Made by a program: the position numbers and the translations under genes
Notes under the pieces: model-generated
The model's input: only the letters and a program-made list of their open reading frames with translations
What the model was told of the DNA's origin: nothing
Database searches by the model: none
Assembly: GCA_963745235.1 (NCBI GenBank)
Contig: CAVUXE010000009.1
Coordinates: forward strand, 187,402-251,401
From: an uncultured Spirochaetota bacterium
Lineage (GTDB): Bacteria; Spirochaetota; Spirochaetia; SZUA-6; Fen-1364
Reading direction: 5' to 3'
DNA length: 64,000 bases
Shown: positions 19,708-30,377 of the stretch, piece after piece
Layout of the letters: the number at the start of each line of letters is the position of its first letter
Numbering within the stretch: position 1 is the first letter of the stretch

Positions 19708-21105
19708 ATGGACCATCGAACAGAAAAGGACCTCCTGGGAAACGTTCAAGTCCCCGCGCCGGCATACTGGGGCGCCCATACAGAGAGGGCCCGGGCAAAC
19801 TTCCCCTTTACCGGCTACCGCGTGCATCCCGACATGCTGCGGGCGTATGCGCTCGTGAAGAAAGCGTGCTGCCTCGCCAACGTGGAGCTGGGCCTCATGG
19901 CCGCAGAAAAGGGCGCGGCTGTCATCCAGGCATGTGAGGAGATTGCAGCCGGAGGGTTCGCTGACCAGTTTCCCGTCGACGCCTTGCAGGGCGGAGCGGG
20001 CACCTCGACGAACATGAACGTGAACGAGGTGATTGCCAACAGGGCAATCGAGATCCTCGGCGGAGCGCGGGGAGAGTACTCGCGCGTGCATCCCATCGAG
20101 GACGTCAATCTCAACCAGTCCACCAACGACACCTACCCCACGGCCCTCAAGGTGAGCGCAATCACGGGCCTGCGCAGGCTCAGCGAAGCCATCGCCGGCC
20201 TGCAGGGCGCGTTCCAGGAAAAAGAAAGGCAGTTTGCGGCCATCGTGACCATCGGCAGGACCGAGCTCCAGGAAGCAGTCCCCATCACCCTGGGGGCCGA
20301 GTTCTCGGGCTTCGCCGAGGCGGTGAGCCGCGACAGGTGGAGGACCTTCAAGTGCGAAGAGCGCCTGCGCGTGGTCAACATCGGCGGCACTGCCGTGGGC
20401 ACCGGCATCAGCGCGCCCCGAAGCTACATCTTCCTCGTGATCGAGCGCCTGCGGGATGTCACGGGCATGGGGCTTGCCCGGGGGGAGAACCTCCTTGACC
20501 AGACCGCCAACGCGGACTGCTTTGTCGAGGTCTCGGGGATCCTCAAGGCGCATGCGGCCAGCCTGGTGAAGATCTGCAGCGACCTGCGCCTCCTGAGTCT
20601 CCTGGGGGAGGTGCGGGTGCCCGGCGCGCAGGCAGGCTCTTCCATCATGCCGGGGAAGGTGAACCCCGTCCTGCTGGAAGCCGGCATCCAGGCCGGAATG
20701 AAGGTCATGGCCAACGATGCGCTGATTGCGGACGCCTGCTCACGCGGCAGTCTTCAGATCAACGAGTTCCTGCCCCTGGTCAGCTTCGCCCTGCACGAGT
20801 CCCTGGACCTCCTGGCCCGGGTTGACGTCCGGCTGGCCGCGCACATCCGGGGATTCGAGGCGGATGAAACGCGCTGCCGCGCGTTTTTCGAAAGGAGCCC
20901 CATGATCATCACTGCCCTTCTTCCGCACATCGGTTACGACAAGGCCACGGAGCTGGTTCAGCAGTTCGCAGCATCCGCAGAGGAAAACGTAGTGGCGTTC
21001 CTCCGCGGGAAGCTGGGAGATGATCTGGTAGCGTCCGTATTCAGCGCGCGGAACCTGGTCGCGCTGGGGTACAAGGACACTGAGATCAAGGGCGGCACGG
21101 CATGA
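19708..21105 (+). CDS. aspA: Aspartate ammonia-lyase-family protein
   Basis: QGGAGTSTNMNVNEVIAN, NQSTND, GSSIMPGKVNP signature. Confidence 0.88.
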   Translation: MDHRTEKDLLGNVQVPAPAYWGAHTERARANFPFTGYRVHPDMLRAYALVKKACCLANVELGLMAAEKGAAVIQACEEIAAGGFADQFPVDALQGGAGTSTNMNVNEVIANRAIEILGGARGEYSRVHPIEDVNLNQSTNDTYPTALKVSAITGLRRLSEAIAGLQGAFQEKERQFAAIVTIGRTELQEAVPITLGAEFSGFAEAVSRDRWRTFKCEERLRVVNIGGTAVGTGISAPRSYIFLVIERLRDVTGMGLARGENLLDQTANADCFVEVSGILKAHAASLVKICSDLRLLSLLGEVRVPGAQAGSSIMPGKVNPVLLEAGIQAGMKVMANDALIADACSRGSLQINEFLPLVSFALHESLDLLARVDVRLAAHIRGFEADETRCRAFFERSPMIITALLPHIGYDKATELVQQFAASAEENVVAFLRGKLGDDLVASVFSARNLVALGYKDTEIKGGTA

Positions 21106-22394
21106 CGCAGGCGCCCAAATCTCTTCGGCTGCACATTGGCCTCTTCGGCAGGACCAATGTCGGCAAGTCCAGCTTCCTGAACATGATTGCGGGCCAGGAC
21201 GTTGCCATCGTCTCCCCCCTGCCGGGCACCACGACGGATGTCGTGGAAAAACCGATGGAGCTTCTGCCCCTTGGGCCCGTCGTCTTCCTCGACACGGCCG
21301 GGATGGACGACTCCTCGCAGCTTGCCGCGCTTCGCGTCGCGCGCGCCAGGAAGATCTTCGACCGCGCGGACGTGGTCCTGCTTATCCTGGAGCCGGGCAC
21401 CTGGACAAGCTACGAGGAGGACATCCTTTCCCAGGCTGAGGCCCGGAAAGCCCCCGTGATCTTCGTCATCAACAAGACCGACATTCGCGACCCCTCCCCG
21501 GAGTTTCTCGAAATGCTCCAGGGAAGATCTCCCCGGGTGGTTGCGTGCTCCAGCATCCGCGCGGCAGGACGGGAGGCGTGCCTCATCCAGCTCAAGCAGT
21601 ACCTCCTTGATGTCTGCCCGGAGGAGTTCCTGGCACCGCCGCCCCTGATCGGGGACCTTCTTTCCGCGGGAAAGGGAGTGGGTCTGGCCGTGCTCGTTGT
21701 CCCCATCGACCTGCAGGCTCCGCGCGGGCGCCTCATCCTGCCCCAGGTCCAGACCATCCGCGACACCCTGGACTGTGACGCGGCTGTGGCGGTGGTGAAG
21801 GAGCGGGAGTACGCCGCGTTCCTGCAGCAGCTGCGCGCGCCGCCTGACATCGCCGTCTGCGATTCCCAGGTGGTCCTCAAGATGACGGGAGATACTCCCC
21901 GCGAGGTGCCGTGCACGACGTTTTCCATTCTCTTTGCCCGCAACAAGGGAGACCTCGTGGAGCTGGCGCGCGGCGCCGCGGTCCTCACTGACATCAGGCC
22001 TGAGGACCGCATCCTCATTTCGGAGGCGTGCAGCCACCATGCCATCGAGGACGACATCGGCCGGGTGAAGATCCCCCGGTGGCTGCGCCAGTACGTCGGG
22101 GCGGACGTGCACATCGACACGTGCGCGGGAAGGGACTACCCGGACAACCTGTCGCAGTACCGGCTGGTCATCCACTGCGGCGGGTGCATGCTCACCCGCA
22201 GGGAGATGCTCTCCCGCATCGCAAGGGCCCGGCAGGCGGGGGTGGCCATCACGAACTATGGCGTGGCAATATCCGTCCTTCAGGGCGTGATCGAACGGAC
22301 CCTTTCTCCTTTCCCCGCGGCGCTGGATGCATTCACGCGGGAAAAGCGCCGCCTGGAGGGCAGGGCGCAGCCCGCCCTGGCGCGAGAGAGATGA
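21102..22394 (+). CDS. hydF: [FeFe]-hydrogenase maturation GTPase HydF
   Basis: GRTNVGKSS, DTAG, NKTD, EACSHH and HCGGC. Confidence 0.96.
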   Translation: MTQAPKSLRLHIGLFGRTNVGKSSFLNMIAGQDVAIVSPLPGTTTDVVEKPMELLPLGPVVFLDTAGMDDSSQLAALRVARARKIFDRADVVLLILEPGTWTSYEEDILSQAEARKAPVIFVINKTDIRDPSPEFLEMLQGRSPRVVACSSIRAAGREACLIQLKQYLLDVCPEEFLAPPPLIGDLLSAGKGVGLAVLVVPIDLQAPRGRLILPQVQTIRDTLDCDAAVAVVKEREYAAFLQQLRAPPDIAVCDSQVVLKMTGDTPREVPCTTFSILFARNKGDLVELARGAAVLTDIRPEDRILISEACSHHAIEDDIGRVKIPRWLRQYVGADVHIDTCAGRDYPDNLSQYRLVIHCGGCMLTRREMLSRIARARQAGVAITNYGVAISVLQGVIERTLSPFPAALDAFTREKRRLEGRAQPALARER

Positions 22395-23464
22395 GCGTGC
22401 AGACAGTGAAGGAGACCCTGGCGCGAGTGGCGGCCGCGCCGAGCCCTGATGTCGAAGACCTCAGGTACCTCCTCGCCCGGGAGGCCGATGCGGAGGTTCA
22501 GCCGATACTGGATGCCGCTGACAGGACCAGGCGGCAGTTCATGGGAAACGGAATCCTCCTCCGCGGAATTGTCGAGTTTTCAAGCTTCTGCCGCAACACC
22601 TGCTTCTACTGCGGCCTTCACGCGGGAAACACGCGCATCACACGGTACAGGATGAGCGCGGAGGAGGTCCTCGAAAGCGTTCGAAGAATCTCATCCCAGG
22701 GAGTTCAGACGGTGGTCCTTCAGTCCGGGGAGGATGACGGCCTGGACCCCGCGTGGCTCGCGCAGGTTGTGCGGGACGTGAAGAAGCGTTTTGGCATTGC
22801 CGTGACGCTTTCCGTCGGAGAGCGGCCGCGGGAAGACTATGCGCTGTGGCGGGAGGCCGGCGCTGACAGATACCTCCTGAAGATCGAGTCGTCTGACACG
22901 GACTTGTATGAATCCCTGCACGCGGGACGCAGGCTCGAGACAAGGCTTCGCTGCATCTTCGACCTCACGACGCTCGGTTACCAGGTCGGCTGCGGCATCA
23001 TGGTTGGGCTCCCCGGCCAGAGCCTGCGGCACATCGCGGGGGACATCCTTTTTTTTGCCGAAAGGCGGTTCGACATGATCGGCATTGGGCCGTTCATTCC
23101 TCACCCTGAAACGAAGCTGCGCGGCCTGCCGCCGGGCAGCGTCCCGCTGACACTGAGGACAGTCGCCCTCACGAGGATCGTCACGAAGGCTGCCCACCTC
23201 CCGGCCACAACGGCCCTGGGGAGCATGGGCCGCGACTATCGCCTGGATGGCCTCAGGGCAGGCGCGAATGTCCTGATGCCGAACTTCACTCCCGTGGAAT
23301 ACAAGACGCTCTACGAGATCTATCCCGGCAAGAGGTGCGTGAGCGAGCCGACGGGCGCGTGCGCCCTGTGCATGGAGGGGCTTGCCGAGGGCATTGGCCG
23401 GATAATCGACTATTCCCGCGGGGATTCCCTGGTAACGCAAACCGTCACGCCAGAGCGCCCATAG
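22391..23464 (+). CDS. hydE: [FeFe]-hydrogenase radical SAM maturase HydE
   Basis: ATG at 22391; CRNTCFYC, GIGPFIPHP, PATTAL, YEIYPGK. Confidence 0.94.
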   Translation: MSVQTVKETLARVAAAPSPDVEDLRYLLAREADAEVQPILDAADRTRRQFMGNGILLRGIVEFSSFCRNTCFYCGLHAGNTRITRYRMSAEEVLESVRRISSQGVQTVVLQSGEDDGLDPAWLAQVVRDVKKRFGIAVTLSVGERPREDYALWREAGADRYLLKIESSDTDLYESLHAGRRLETRLRCIFDLTTLGYQVGCGIMVGLPGQSLRHIAGDILFFAERRFDMIGIGPFIPHPETKLRGLPPGSVPLTLRTVALTRIVTKAAHLPATTALGSMGRDYRLDGLRAGANVLMPNFTPVEYKTLYEIYPGKRCVSEPTGACALCMEGLAEGIGRIIDYSRGDSLVTQTVTPERP

Positions 23465-23565
23465 AAGGCACGACACTTCTCCTGGCTCCCGAAACTGGGC
23501 AGCCTCAGTTTGACTCAGTTTGACCCGACCGTTGGACAATGTGTTATCTTACCCGAGGAGGTGCC

Positions 23566-24567
23566 ATGGAATATCGCCGTCTTGGGAGCGCGGGGCTGAA
23601 GGTGAGCCTGCTGTCACTCGGCTCGTGGGTCACGTACGGAAAGCAGGTCGATGTGAGCGCCGCCGAAGCGCTCATGAAGGCCGCCTGGGACATCCGGGGT
23701 GAACTTCTTCGACAACGCGGAGGCCTACGAAGGCGGGCAAGTCCGAAGAGATCATGGGCGCCGCGCTGAAAAAGCTCGGCTGGCGACGGGCCAGCTACAT
23801 CGTGTCCACGAAGATCTTCTTCGGCATGCACGACGGGGTGAACGAGAGGCAGACTCTCAACCGGAAGAAGCTGCGGGAGGGAATTGACGGCGCGCTGAAG
23901 CGCTTCGGGCTGGACTACATCGACCTCGTGTTCTGCCACCGCCCCGACCCGAATACCCCGGTCGAGGAGACGGTCTGGTCCATGCACATGATGGTGGAAA
24001 CCGGCAAGGCCCTGTACTGGGGAACCTCCGAATGGAGCGGCGGACGAGCTTCGGGAGGCGTGGGCAATTGCGGAGAAGCACCACCTGCACAAGCCGCAGA
24101 TGGAGCAGCCCCAGTACAACCTGTTCGTCCGGCACAAGGTGGAGCAGAATTATGCGCGCCTGTATTCGGGCATCGGCCTTGGTCTCACCACCTGGAGCCC
24201 GCTCGCCTCAGGCATCCTGACCGGCAAGTACAACTCAGGCGTTCCCAAGGATTCGCGGCTGGCGCTCCCGGGCTACGAGTGGCTTCGCAAGTCAGCAGTG
24301 ACTCCGGAAAGGATCGAAGCGGTGAAGAAGCTGGAGCCGATTGCGAAGGAGATGGGGGCCAGCCTGGCCCAGCTGTCTCTTGCCTGGTGCGCGCACAATC
24401 CGAACGTGAGCACCGTCATCACGGGCGCAAGCAGGCCCGAGCAGGTGAAAGAGAACATGAAGGCCCTGGACATCCTCCCCAGGCTCACCCCGGATGTGTT
24501 GAAGAGGATGGACGAGGCGGTGGCGGGAGTCACGGACCTGCATCCGACCTGGGGGCCGCCGAGCTAG
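23566..24567 (+). CDS. Aldo/keto reductase (Kv-beta-like), frameshifted
   Basis: [34 protein letters not shown] and [13 protein letters not shown] spread across frames. Confidence 0.88.
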
Positions 24568-24624
24568 GTCGCGAAGGCCGAGCTGGTTAGGGGGGGCCGA
24601 GCCAGGCTGGAGAGCCACCCCGGG

Positions 24625-27561
24625 TCAGAGGGCGGGGTCCCCCGGCGTCTTCCGCACCAGCTCGGAAACCCGGCGCAGGAGCTCTTCCGGCTGGAAGGGC
24701 TTGGGAAGGAAGGGGAGCGAAGCCCCCGCCATGCTCGCTGTCAGGCGGTCGTCCTCGGTATACCCCGACATGTACAGCACGGGCAGGCCTTGCCTGGTGC
24801 GCGACAGCCGCTCCCCCATCTCCAGCCCGCCCATCCCTCCCGGCATGACGACATCCGTAACGACCACATCGATTGCGGCAGAACCTTCAGCAATCAGGAG
24901 GGCGTCCTGAGCCGAGGATGCGGTGAGGACTCTGTATCCTCCCTGTTCCAGGAGCCTGCGGGTCAGCAGCCGTACGTCGGCCTCGTCTTCCACCAGGAGC
25001 ACTGTTCCCGATCCCGCCGGGACGTCACGTGCGCCTTCCTGCTTCTCCGCGCACGAGTTGTCCTTCGGAGCGCGCGGGATCCAGATGGTGAACGTGCTTC
25101 CCTGCCCGGGTGCGCTGTCCACCCTGATCCTTCCGCCCGTCTGCGTGATGATCCCGTAAACGATTGAAAGGCCGAGCCCCGTTCCCTTTCCGTGCTCTTT
25201 CGTTGTGAAGAAAGGTTCGAACAGGTGCAGCCGAACATCCTCTGACATCCCGGCCCCGGTGTCCTGGACGCACAGCACCGCATACGCGCCCGGCGGCAGG
25301 TCCACCGGGACGGCAGGACAGTCGGCGTCCTGGCAGGACTGTTGCATGTCAACCTCCGCGGCCTGCAGGACCAGCCGCCCGCCGTCCGGCATGGCGTCAC
25401 GGGCGTTGACCGCGAGGTTGATGATCACCTGCTCCAGCTGGTAGGGGTCTGCGAGCACGCACACCGGGGCCCGCGTCAGGCGCACCTCCAGCTCCACGTC
25501 CTCCCCGAGGAGCGGGCGCAGGAGCGTTTCCGCGCCCGCAACCACGGCGTTCAAGTCCATGACAGACGCCTGGGTGATCTGCTTGCGGCTGAAAGCGAGG
25601 AGGCGTCCCGTGAGGCCGGCCGCGCGCTTGATGGTGCTCTTGATTTCCTCCAGGTCAGACAGTGCAAGGGAGTTGCCCGCCACGGACTCCGTAAGAAGGC
25701 TCGCGTATCCCGAAATGACCGTGAGAAGGTTGTTGAAGTCGTGCGCAATGCCGCCTGCCAGTCTCCCGATTGCCTCCATCTTCTGCGAGTGCAAGAGTTG
25801 CTCCTGGGCCCGGCTGAGCTGCTGGAGGCTGCTCTGCAGGTCCTGCACGAGCCGCGCCTTGCGCATGGCAGCGGCAGTCTGGAACGCGAAAGCCCGAAAC
25901 ATCGGGATGTCCTCTGCTCCCAGGTTTTCACCGCGGACGCACAGCAGTCCGATGAGCTCATCCATGGCGGAAAGCGGGGAGAAGATTGCCCGGCGGGAAT
26001 CTTTTCGCGCGCGGGAGCGCAAGGACTCCAGAGGCGGAAGGGACCTGACCATGGGCTGGTCCAGCTCCAGGGACAGCGTCACCTGCCTCTGCAGGGCTTC
26101 CGCCAGGGTGGGAACGCCGTCCAGGTCGTACCATGTCGCATCTTTTCCCCCGGCCGCAATCTCCACCCCTCCGCTTTCGCTGCTGCGGCAGGCCAGGGAG
26201 AGCCTCTTCCCGGTGGGGTCGGAAATGAAAATGGCGCAGGACAGTCCAAGGGCGGTGAGCTCACGGATCGCAATCGGGAAGATCTCAACGGGGTTGAGGG
26301 CCTGCTCCATGGCAAGGGCCGCCGCGTTCAGGGAGTGGAGGAAACGCTCCGTGCGCTGACGCGCGATGAGCTCCCGACGAAGCTTTTCGTAGAGGCGGGC
26401 GTTCTCGATGGAGCTGGAAAGCTGGTCCGCAACCGTCTGCTGGGCGGCCACGTCCGCGCCCCCGAAGGCTCGCAGGCTCGGGCTCTGGATGTCCAGCACG
26501 CCGATCACTTCCCGTCCCCGCCGGATCGGAACGGCCATCTCGGAGCGCGTGCTGACCGCCGCGGACATTGAGGCGTACCGGGGCTCCTTTTCCACGTCCG
26601 CCACGCACAGGGGCTGCCCCGTGGCGGCTACCCAGCCGCAGATTCCCTCCACGCCGATCTTCAGGCGGAACTTCCCCGCAAAGGAGTGGATCAGCGGCAT
26701 GGAAGACGCGCGGAGCACCAGCTCATCACCTTCGATCAGCAGGACGGCCACCGTCGAATAGGCGAAAGAGTCCTTGATGAGGTCAACCGCCTCCATGAGC
26801 AGCTCCTCCAGCTCGAGGATGGCGGTGGTCCGGCGCCCTACGCGCGCAATCAGGGCCTGGCGATGCGATCTTTCCTGCAGGTGGGCGGTGAGCTCACGCA
26901 GCGGGTTGAACAGCTGCCGCCTCATGATACCCCTGCCAAGGATGCCCACGCAGACTGCGGTGGTGATGGACATGACAGGCACCATGACGGCGGTGAAAGA
27001 GCCGACCAGGTATCCGGCCAGGAGCGCCAGAACGCTGACACTGATGAAAGCCTCCGTCACGCGCGAGCGGTGCCGGAAGATCAGAAGCAGGCAGGACGCG
27101 AGCAGCGCCGCGGGAAGCGCGCCTTCCCAGTATCCGAGCTTCGAAAGAAGGAATCGCGTGATCCCCGAGGTCTCGAGCCAGGGGTGATACACGATCTTCC
27201 CGGAGAAAAGGAACGGTCCAAGAGCAGCCAGCAGGGCAAGCGCCGCCGACGCCACCGCCAGGGGCCAGCCCTTTCCGAGCTTCAGGTAGCGGGCCACGAA
27301 AAGGAAGAGAAACGGGATCATGATGAACAGGCATGCGGCGGCAAGCTGGAGGAGTAGCTCGGGATTGCCCGCGTGGTAGAACAGGGACAGGCGGAGGAGC
27401 AGCGCGAAAGCGCAATGGGCGCCGGCAAAGAGAACGAAACCGCAAAAGCTGCGGTTGAGAGGCTTGCGCAGCCCCGCCGCCCCCACCGCGACTGCAAGAG
27501 TTGCGGAGAGGAGAGTGGACAGCCCGAGGGCTGCAATGTCCAGCGCGAGAAGGGCAGGCAT
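24625..27561 (-). CDS. Membrane hybrid histidine kinase (TM-GAF-GAF-HisKA-HATPase-REC)
   Basis: QKMEAIGRLAGGIAHDFNNLL, NLAVNARDAM, C-terminal receiver TDVVMPG. Confidence 0.93.
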   Translation of the reverse strand: MPALLALDIAALGLSTLLSATLAVAVGAAGLRKPLNRSFCGFVLFAGAHCAFALLLRLSLFYHAGNPELLLQLAAACLFIMIPFLFLFVARYLKLGKGWPLAVASAALALLAALGPFLFSGKIVYHPWLETSGITRFLLSKLGYWEGALPAALLASCLLLIFRHRSRVTEAFISVSVLALLAGYLVGSFTAVMVPVMSITTAVCVGILGRGIMRRQLFNPLRELTAHLQERSHRQALIARVGRRTTAILELEELLMEAVDLIKDSFAYSTVAVLLIEGDELVLRASSMPLIHSFAGKFRLKIGVEGICGWVAATGQPLCVADVEKEPRYASMSAAVSTRSEMAVPIRRGREVIGVLDIQSPSLRAFGGADVAAQQTVADQLSSSIENARLYEKLRRELIARQRTERFLHSLNAAALAMEQALNPVEIFPIAIRELTALGLSCAIFISDPTGKRLSLACRSSESGGVEIAAGGKDATWYDLDGVPTLAEALQRQVTLSLELDQPMVRSLPPLESLRSRARKDSRRAIFSPLSAMDELIGLLCVRGENLGAEDIPMFRAFAFQTAAAMRKARLVQDLQSSLQQLSRAQEQLLHSQKMEAIGRLAGGIAHDFNNLLTVISGYASLLTESVAGNSLALSDLEEIKSTIKRAAGLTGRLLAFSRKQITQASVMDLNAVVAGAETLLRPLLGEDVELEVRLTRAPVCVLADPYQLEQVIINLAVNARDAMPDGGRLVLQAAEVDMQQSCQDADCPAVPVDLPPGAYAVLCVQDTGAGMSEDVRLHLFEPFFTTKEHGKGTGLGLSIVYGIITQTGGRIRVDSAPGQGSTFTIWIPRAPKDNSCAEKQEGARDVPAGSGTVLLVEDEADVRLLTRRLLEQGGYRVLTASSAQDALLIAEGSAAIDVVVTDVVMPGGMGGLEMGERLSRTRQGLPVLYMSGYTEDDRLTASMAGASLPFLPKPFQPEELLRRVSELVRKTPGDPAL

Positions 27562-27611
27562 GATCCGGGAAACTTTCCTCGCTTACTGACCGGCGTCCCG
27601 CGGATCCGGGC

Positions 27612-28106
27612 TCATCCGGTCTGGTCTCCCAATCTCCTCCCCATTATATCGTGAATATCTATGGCAATTACAGAGGTCCGCGACAGTGATGAGGGCTTGT
27701 ACGCGAAGCTGTCCGCCCCCCCGCGTGCGGCGTAATGGCGCATGATGAGGTCAAGGCCGTGCAGTTTTTCCGCCTCATCCCGGAGGATTCTCGCGATGCC
27801 GCTCCCGACAACGCTCTGGGAGCGCACGGAGAAGTCGCAGGCCGTCTCCCCTTCCACGATCTGCACCCCGGCGACCGCGGTGAATCCCACCCGGGCATCC
27901 GCCCGCAGCAGATCGATCTTGGTGCCGCCCGGAGCGCTGTGAACATACAGCGTGCCTTCCTCGTATCCAAAAAACATTGGCACGGCGTACGGGGCGGGCT
28001 CCCTGTGGATAACGAGGAAAAGGACGCTGGACTGGTCGAGAATTCCTGCGATATCCGCCGGGTCGCTCACCGTCTCATGCAAAGCGTTCTTCGCTCCCAT
28101 CCTCAT
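27612..28106 (-). CDS. Pyridoxamine 5'-phosphate oxidase-like (NimA) flavin-binding protein
   Basis: PYAVPMFFGY, YVHSAPGGTKIDLL, SVVGSG; start uncertain. Confidence 0.8.
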   Translation of the reverse strand: MRMGAKNALHETVSDPADIAGILDQSSVLFLVIHREPAPYAVPMFFGYEEGTLYVHSAPGGTKIDLLRADARVGFTAVAGVQIVEGETACDFSVRSQSVVGSGIARILRDEAEKLHGLDLIMRHYAARGGADSFAYKPSSLSRTSVIAIDIHDIMGRRLGDQTG

Positions 28107-29040
28107 CAAGGAGCAGGCCGTCCAGCCTGCGGAGCGTCGTAAAGTAGTCCCGGTCCTCGAAGCGGCCTCCGAAATGGAACAGGCCCGCAAACCGCCGGGG
28201 CAAGGCGTTGTAGACTGCCCTCGAAATCGAGACGCATCCGGGGCGTGTGGATTTCTTTTCCAGGTGCGCCGCGAAGTTGATGACGTCCGAGACGATCTTT
28301 CCCGTCTCGGGGTTGAACCGGATCCTCCCCGCGTCTATCCCGAGGCGAAGGGAGATATCCGCGGGCCAGTCCGCTGCCGCGGTGAGGTTGAAAACGGGAA
28401 TGGCCGTCTGGACCTCAATGGAGAACCTCACCGCCCTGCGCGCGCCATCCTTGAGAGCGAAGGCAATGATGCCGCCGTCCCCCGCCCAGGACCACACGCG
28501 GCCGTCAGTGGCTGCAAGCTTGTCCCGCAGAAAGCTCCAGAGGTTGAAGTACAGCCTCTCCATCTTCTTGAGGCCATACTTGCGGACCAGGACGGAGCTG
28601 TTGGCGATGTCGAGGCTGATCACCGCGGTATCGTACTCGCGCCCCTCCTTGAGGCACCCCCAGTTGGCAAGCTCGCCCGGATCCTTGCATGAGCTGAGGA
28701 TCCTGCGCGTCTTGAAATCGTAGCGGATCCCGGTTTTCAGGAGCTTGCCGAGAAACCGTTCCAGTCCGTCCACCCGCACGGCGCGGCCATGCACCACGCC
28801 GTCATCCACCTCCACCACCAGCTTGAGAAGCGCCTGCAGCTCACCACCTTGATCACAACGCTCCACCAGGAGCTTTGCGCTCTTGCGCGATGAGAGAGAG
28901 ATGTGATTCTTTGTCCCCGCGGCTTCGTTCGAATCGAAGCTTCCCAGAACGAGCTTTCCGAGCTCATTGACCTCGTCGGTCTTGAAATTTGACGCGATGA
29001 GCTCCACCAGATCGTTGCGCAGTGCTGGTTCCAGCACCAT
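28075..29040 (-). CDS. Class III nucleotide cyclase-like protein with an unrecognised N-terminal domain
   Basis: SLDIANSS, WAGDG, LRLGIDAG, SDVINFAAHLE. Confidence 0.75.
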   Translation of the reverse strand: MVLEPALRNDLVELIASNFKTDEVNELGKLVLGSFDSNEAAGTKNHISLSSRKSAKLLVERCDQGGELQALLKLVVEVDDGVVHGRAVRVDGLERFLGKLLKTGIRYDFKTRRILSSCKDPGELANWGCLKEGREYDTAVISLDIANSSVLVRKYGLKKMERLYFNLWSFLRDKLAATDGRVWSWAGDGGIIAFALKDGARRAVRFSIEVQTAIPVFNLTAAADWPADISLRLGIDAGRIRFNPETGKIVSDVINFAAHLEKKSTRPGCVSISRAVYNALPRRFAGLFHFGGRFEDRDYFTTLRRLDGLLLDEDGSEERFA

Positions 29041-29153
29041 TCCCGTCACCTCGAAGATAATTTCGCTACATGTTGTATCCTGGCAATGGCCGACTTATTA
29101 TGTAAGAAATTGAAGAGAATTCATCAAAACATGGATACCCTTGGTTGTCAAGA

Positions 29154-30377
29154 ATGACCACGCTGTTCGATAACGCGAGGCTTGTTCTTCCCGACCGCGT
29201 CGTTTCGGGCTCACTCGGCGTGGAGGGAGCGCTGATCAGCGAAGTCCGCGAAGGGGCCCACGCCGCGCCGGCGGGAAGCCGTGTCATCAACGCAGACGGC
29301 CTGTACCTTTCTCCGGGGTTCGTGGACATCCACACGCACGGCGCGGGTGGGGCTGATTTCATGGACGGCACCGAGGAGGCCGTGCTCACGGCCTGCCGGA
29401 CTCACCTTCGCCATGGAACAACGACCATCGTTCCGACCACTCTCACCAGCACATTCACGGAGCTGCGCTCCATCCTCGAAGTCGTGGGACGAGTGCGCCG
29501 CGGCCAGGGCCTGCCCCCGGGCGCCGCGAGTCCCGCGATATTCGACGATCTGCCCGAAATTCTCGGCGTGCATGTCGAAGGTCCCTACTTTTCCCCGGAG
29601 CAGAGAGGCGCACAGGACCCTCGATTCCTCAAGGACCCGGATCCCGAGGAATACGCGAGGGTCCTGGACGCGTGTCCCTGGATCGTGCGATGGACCGTTG
29701 CCCCAGAGCTGCCAGGGGCTCTCCCCATGGGAAGGGAGCTTGCGCGCCGGGGAATCGTCGCGTCCATCGGGCATTCCAACGCCGTCTACGAACAGGTGAC
29801 AGAGGCGTGCCGCAACGGCTACACGCTCGTGACACACCTGTACAACGGGATGTCGCGACTGGTGCGCAAGGATGCGATCATGCATCCGGGAGTCGCTGAG
29901 AGCGCCCTTGTCCTGGACGAGCTTGCCGTGGAGGTGATTGCAGATGGCATGCACCTGCCCCCCGCGCTTCTGGAGCTGACATTCAAGGTGAAAGGACCGG
30001 ACAGAATCTGCCTGGTGACGGACTCCATGCGCGCCGCCGGCCAGGAGGTGAAAGAGAGCATCCTGGGAAGCCTCTCAAGCGGCAGGCGGGTGATTGTTGA
30101 TGACGGCGTGGCCTGGCTTCCCGACAGGTCCTTCTTTGCGGGAAGCGTCGCAACCGCGGACCGGCTTGTGCGTACCATGAGCCGCGTGCGGGGGGTCTCT
30201 CTCCCGGATGCCGTTCGCATGATGACTCTCACCCCGGCCCGGGTCATGGGGGTGCACGCGCGCAAGGGAACCCTCTGGGCCGGAAAGGACGCCGACATTG
30301 TCCTGTTCGACGACGACCTCAGGATCCGGCTCGTGATGGCTCGGGGGAGAATAATCGTGGACGAGCTTACAGCTTGA
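29154..30377 (+). CDS. nagA: N-acetylglucosamine-6-phosphate deacetylase
   Basis: PGFVDIHTHG, GVHVEGPY, THLYNGM, IADGMH, VTDSM. Confidence 0.92.
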   Translation: MTTLFDNARLVLPDRVVSGSLGVEGALISEVREGAHAAPAGSRVINADGLYLSPGFVDIHTHGAGGADFMDGTEEAVLTACRTHLRHGTTTIVPTTLTSTFTELRSILEVVGRVRRGQGLPPGAASPAIFDDLPEILGVHVEGPYFSPEQRGAQDPRFLKDPDPEEYARVLDACPWIVRWTVAPELPGALPMGRELARRGIVASIGHSNAVYEQVTEACRNGYTLVTHLYNGMSRLVRKDAIMHPGVAESALVLDELAVEVIADGMHLPPALLELTFKVKGPDRICLVTDSMRAAGQEVKESILGSLSSGRRVIVDDGVAWLPDRSFFAGSVATADRLVRTMSRVRGVSLPDAVRMMTLTPARVMGVHARKGTLWAGKDADIVLFDDDLRIRLVMARGRIIVDELTA

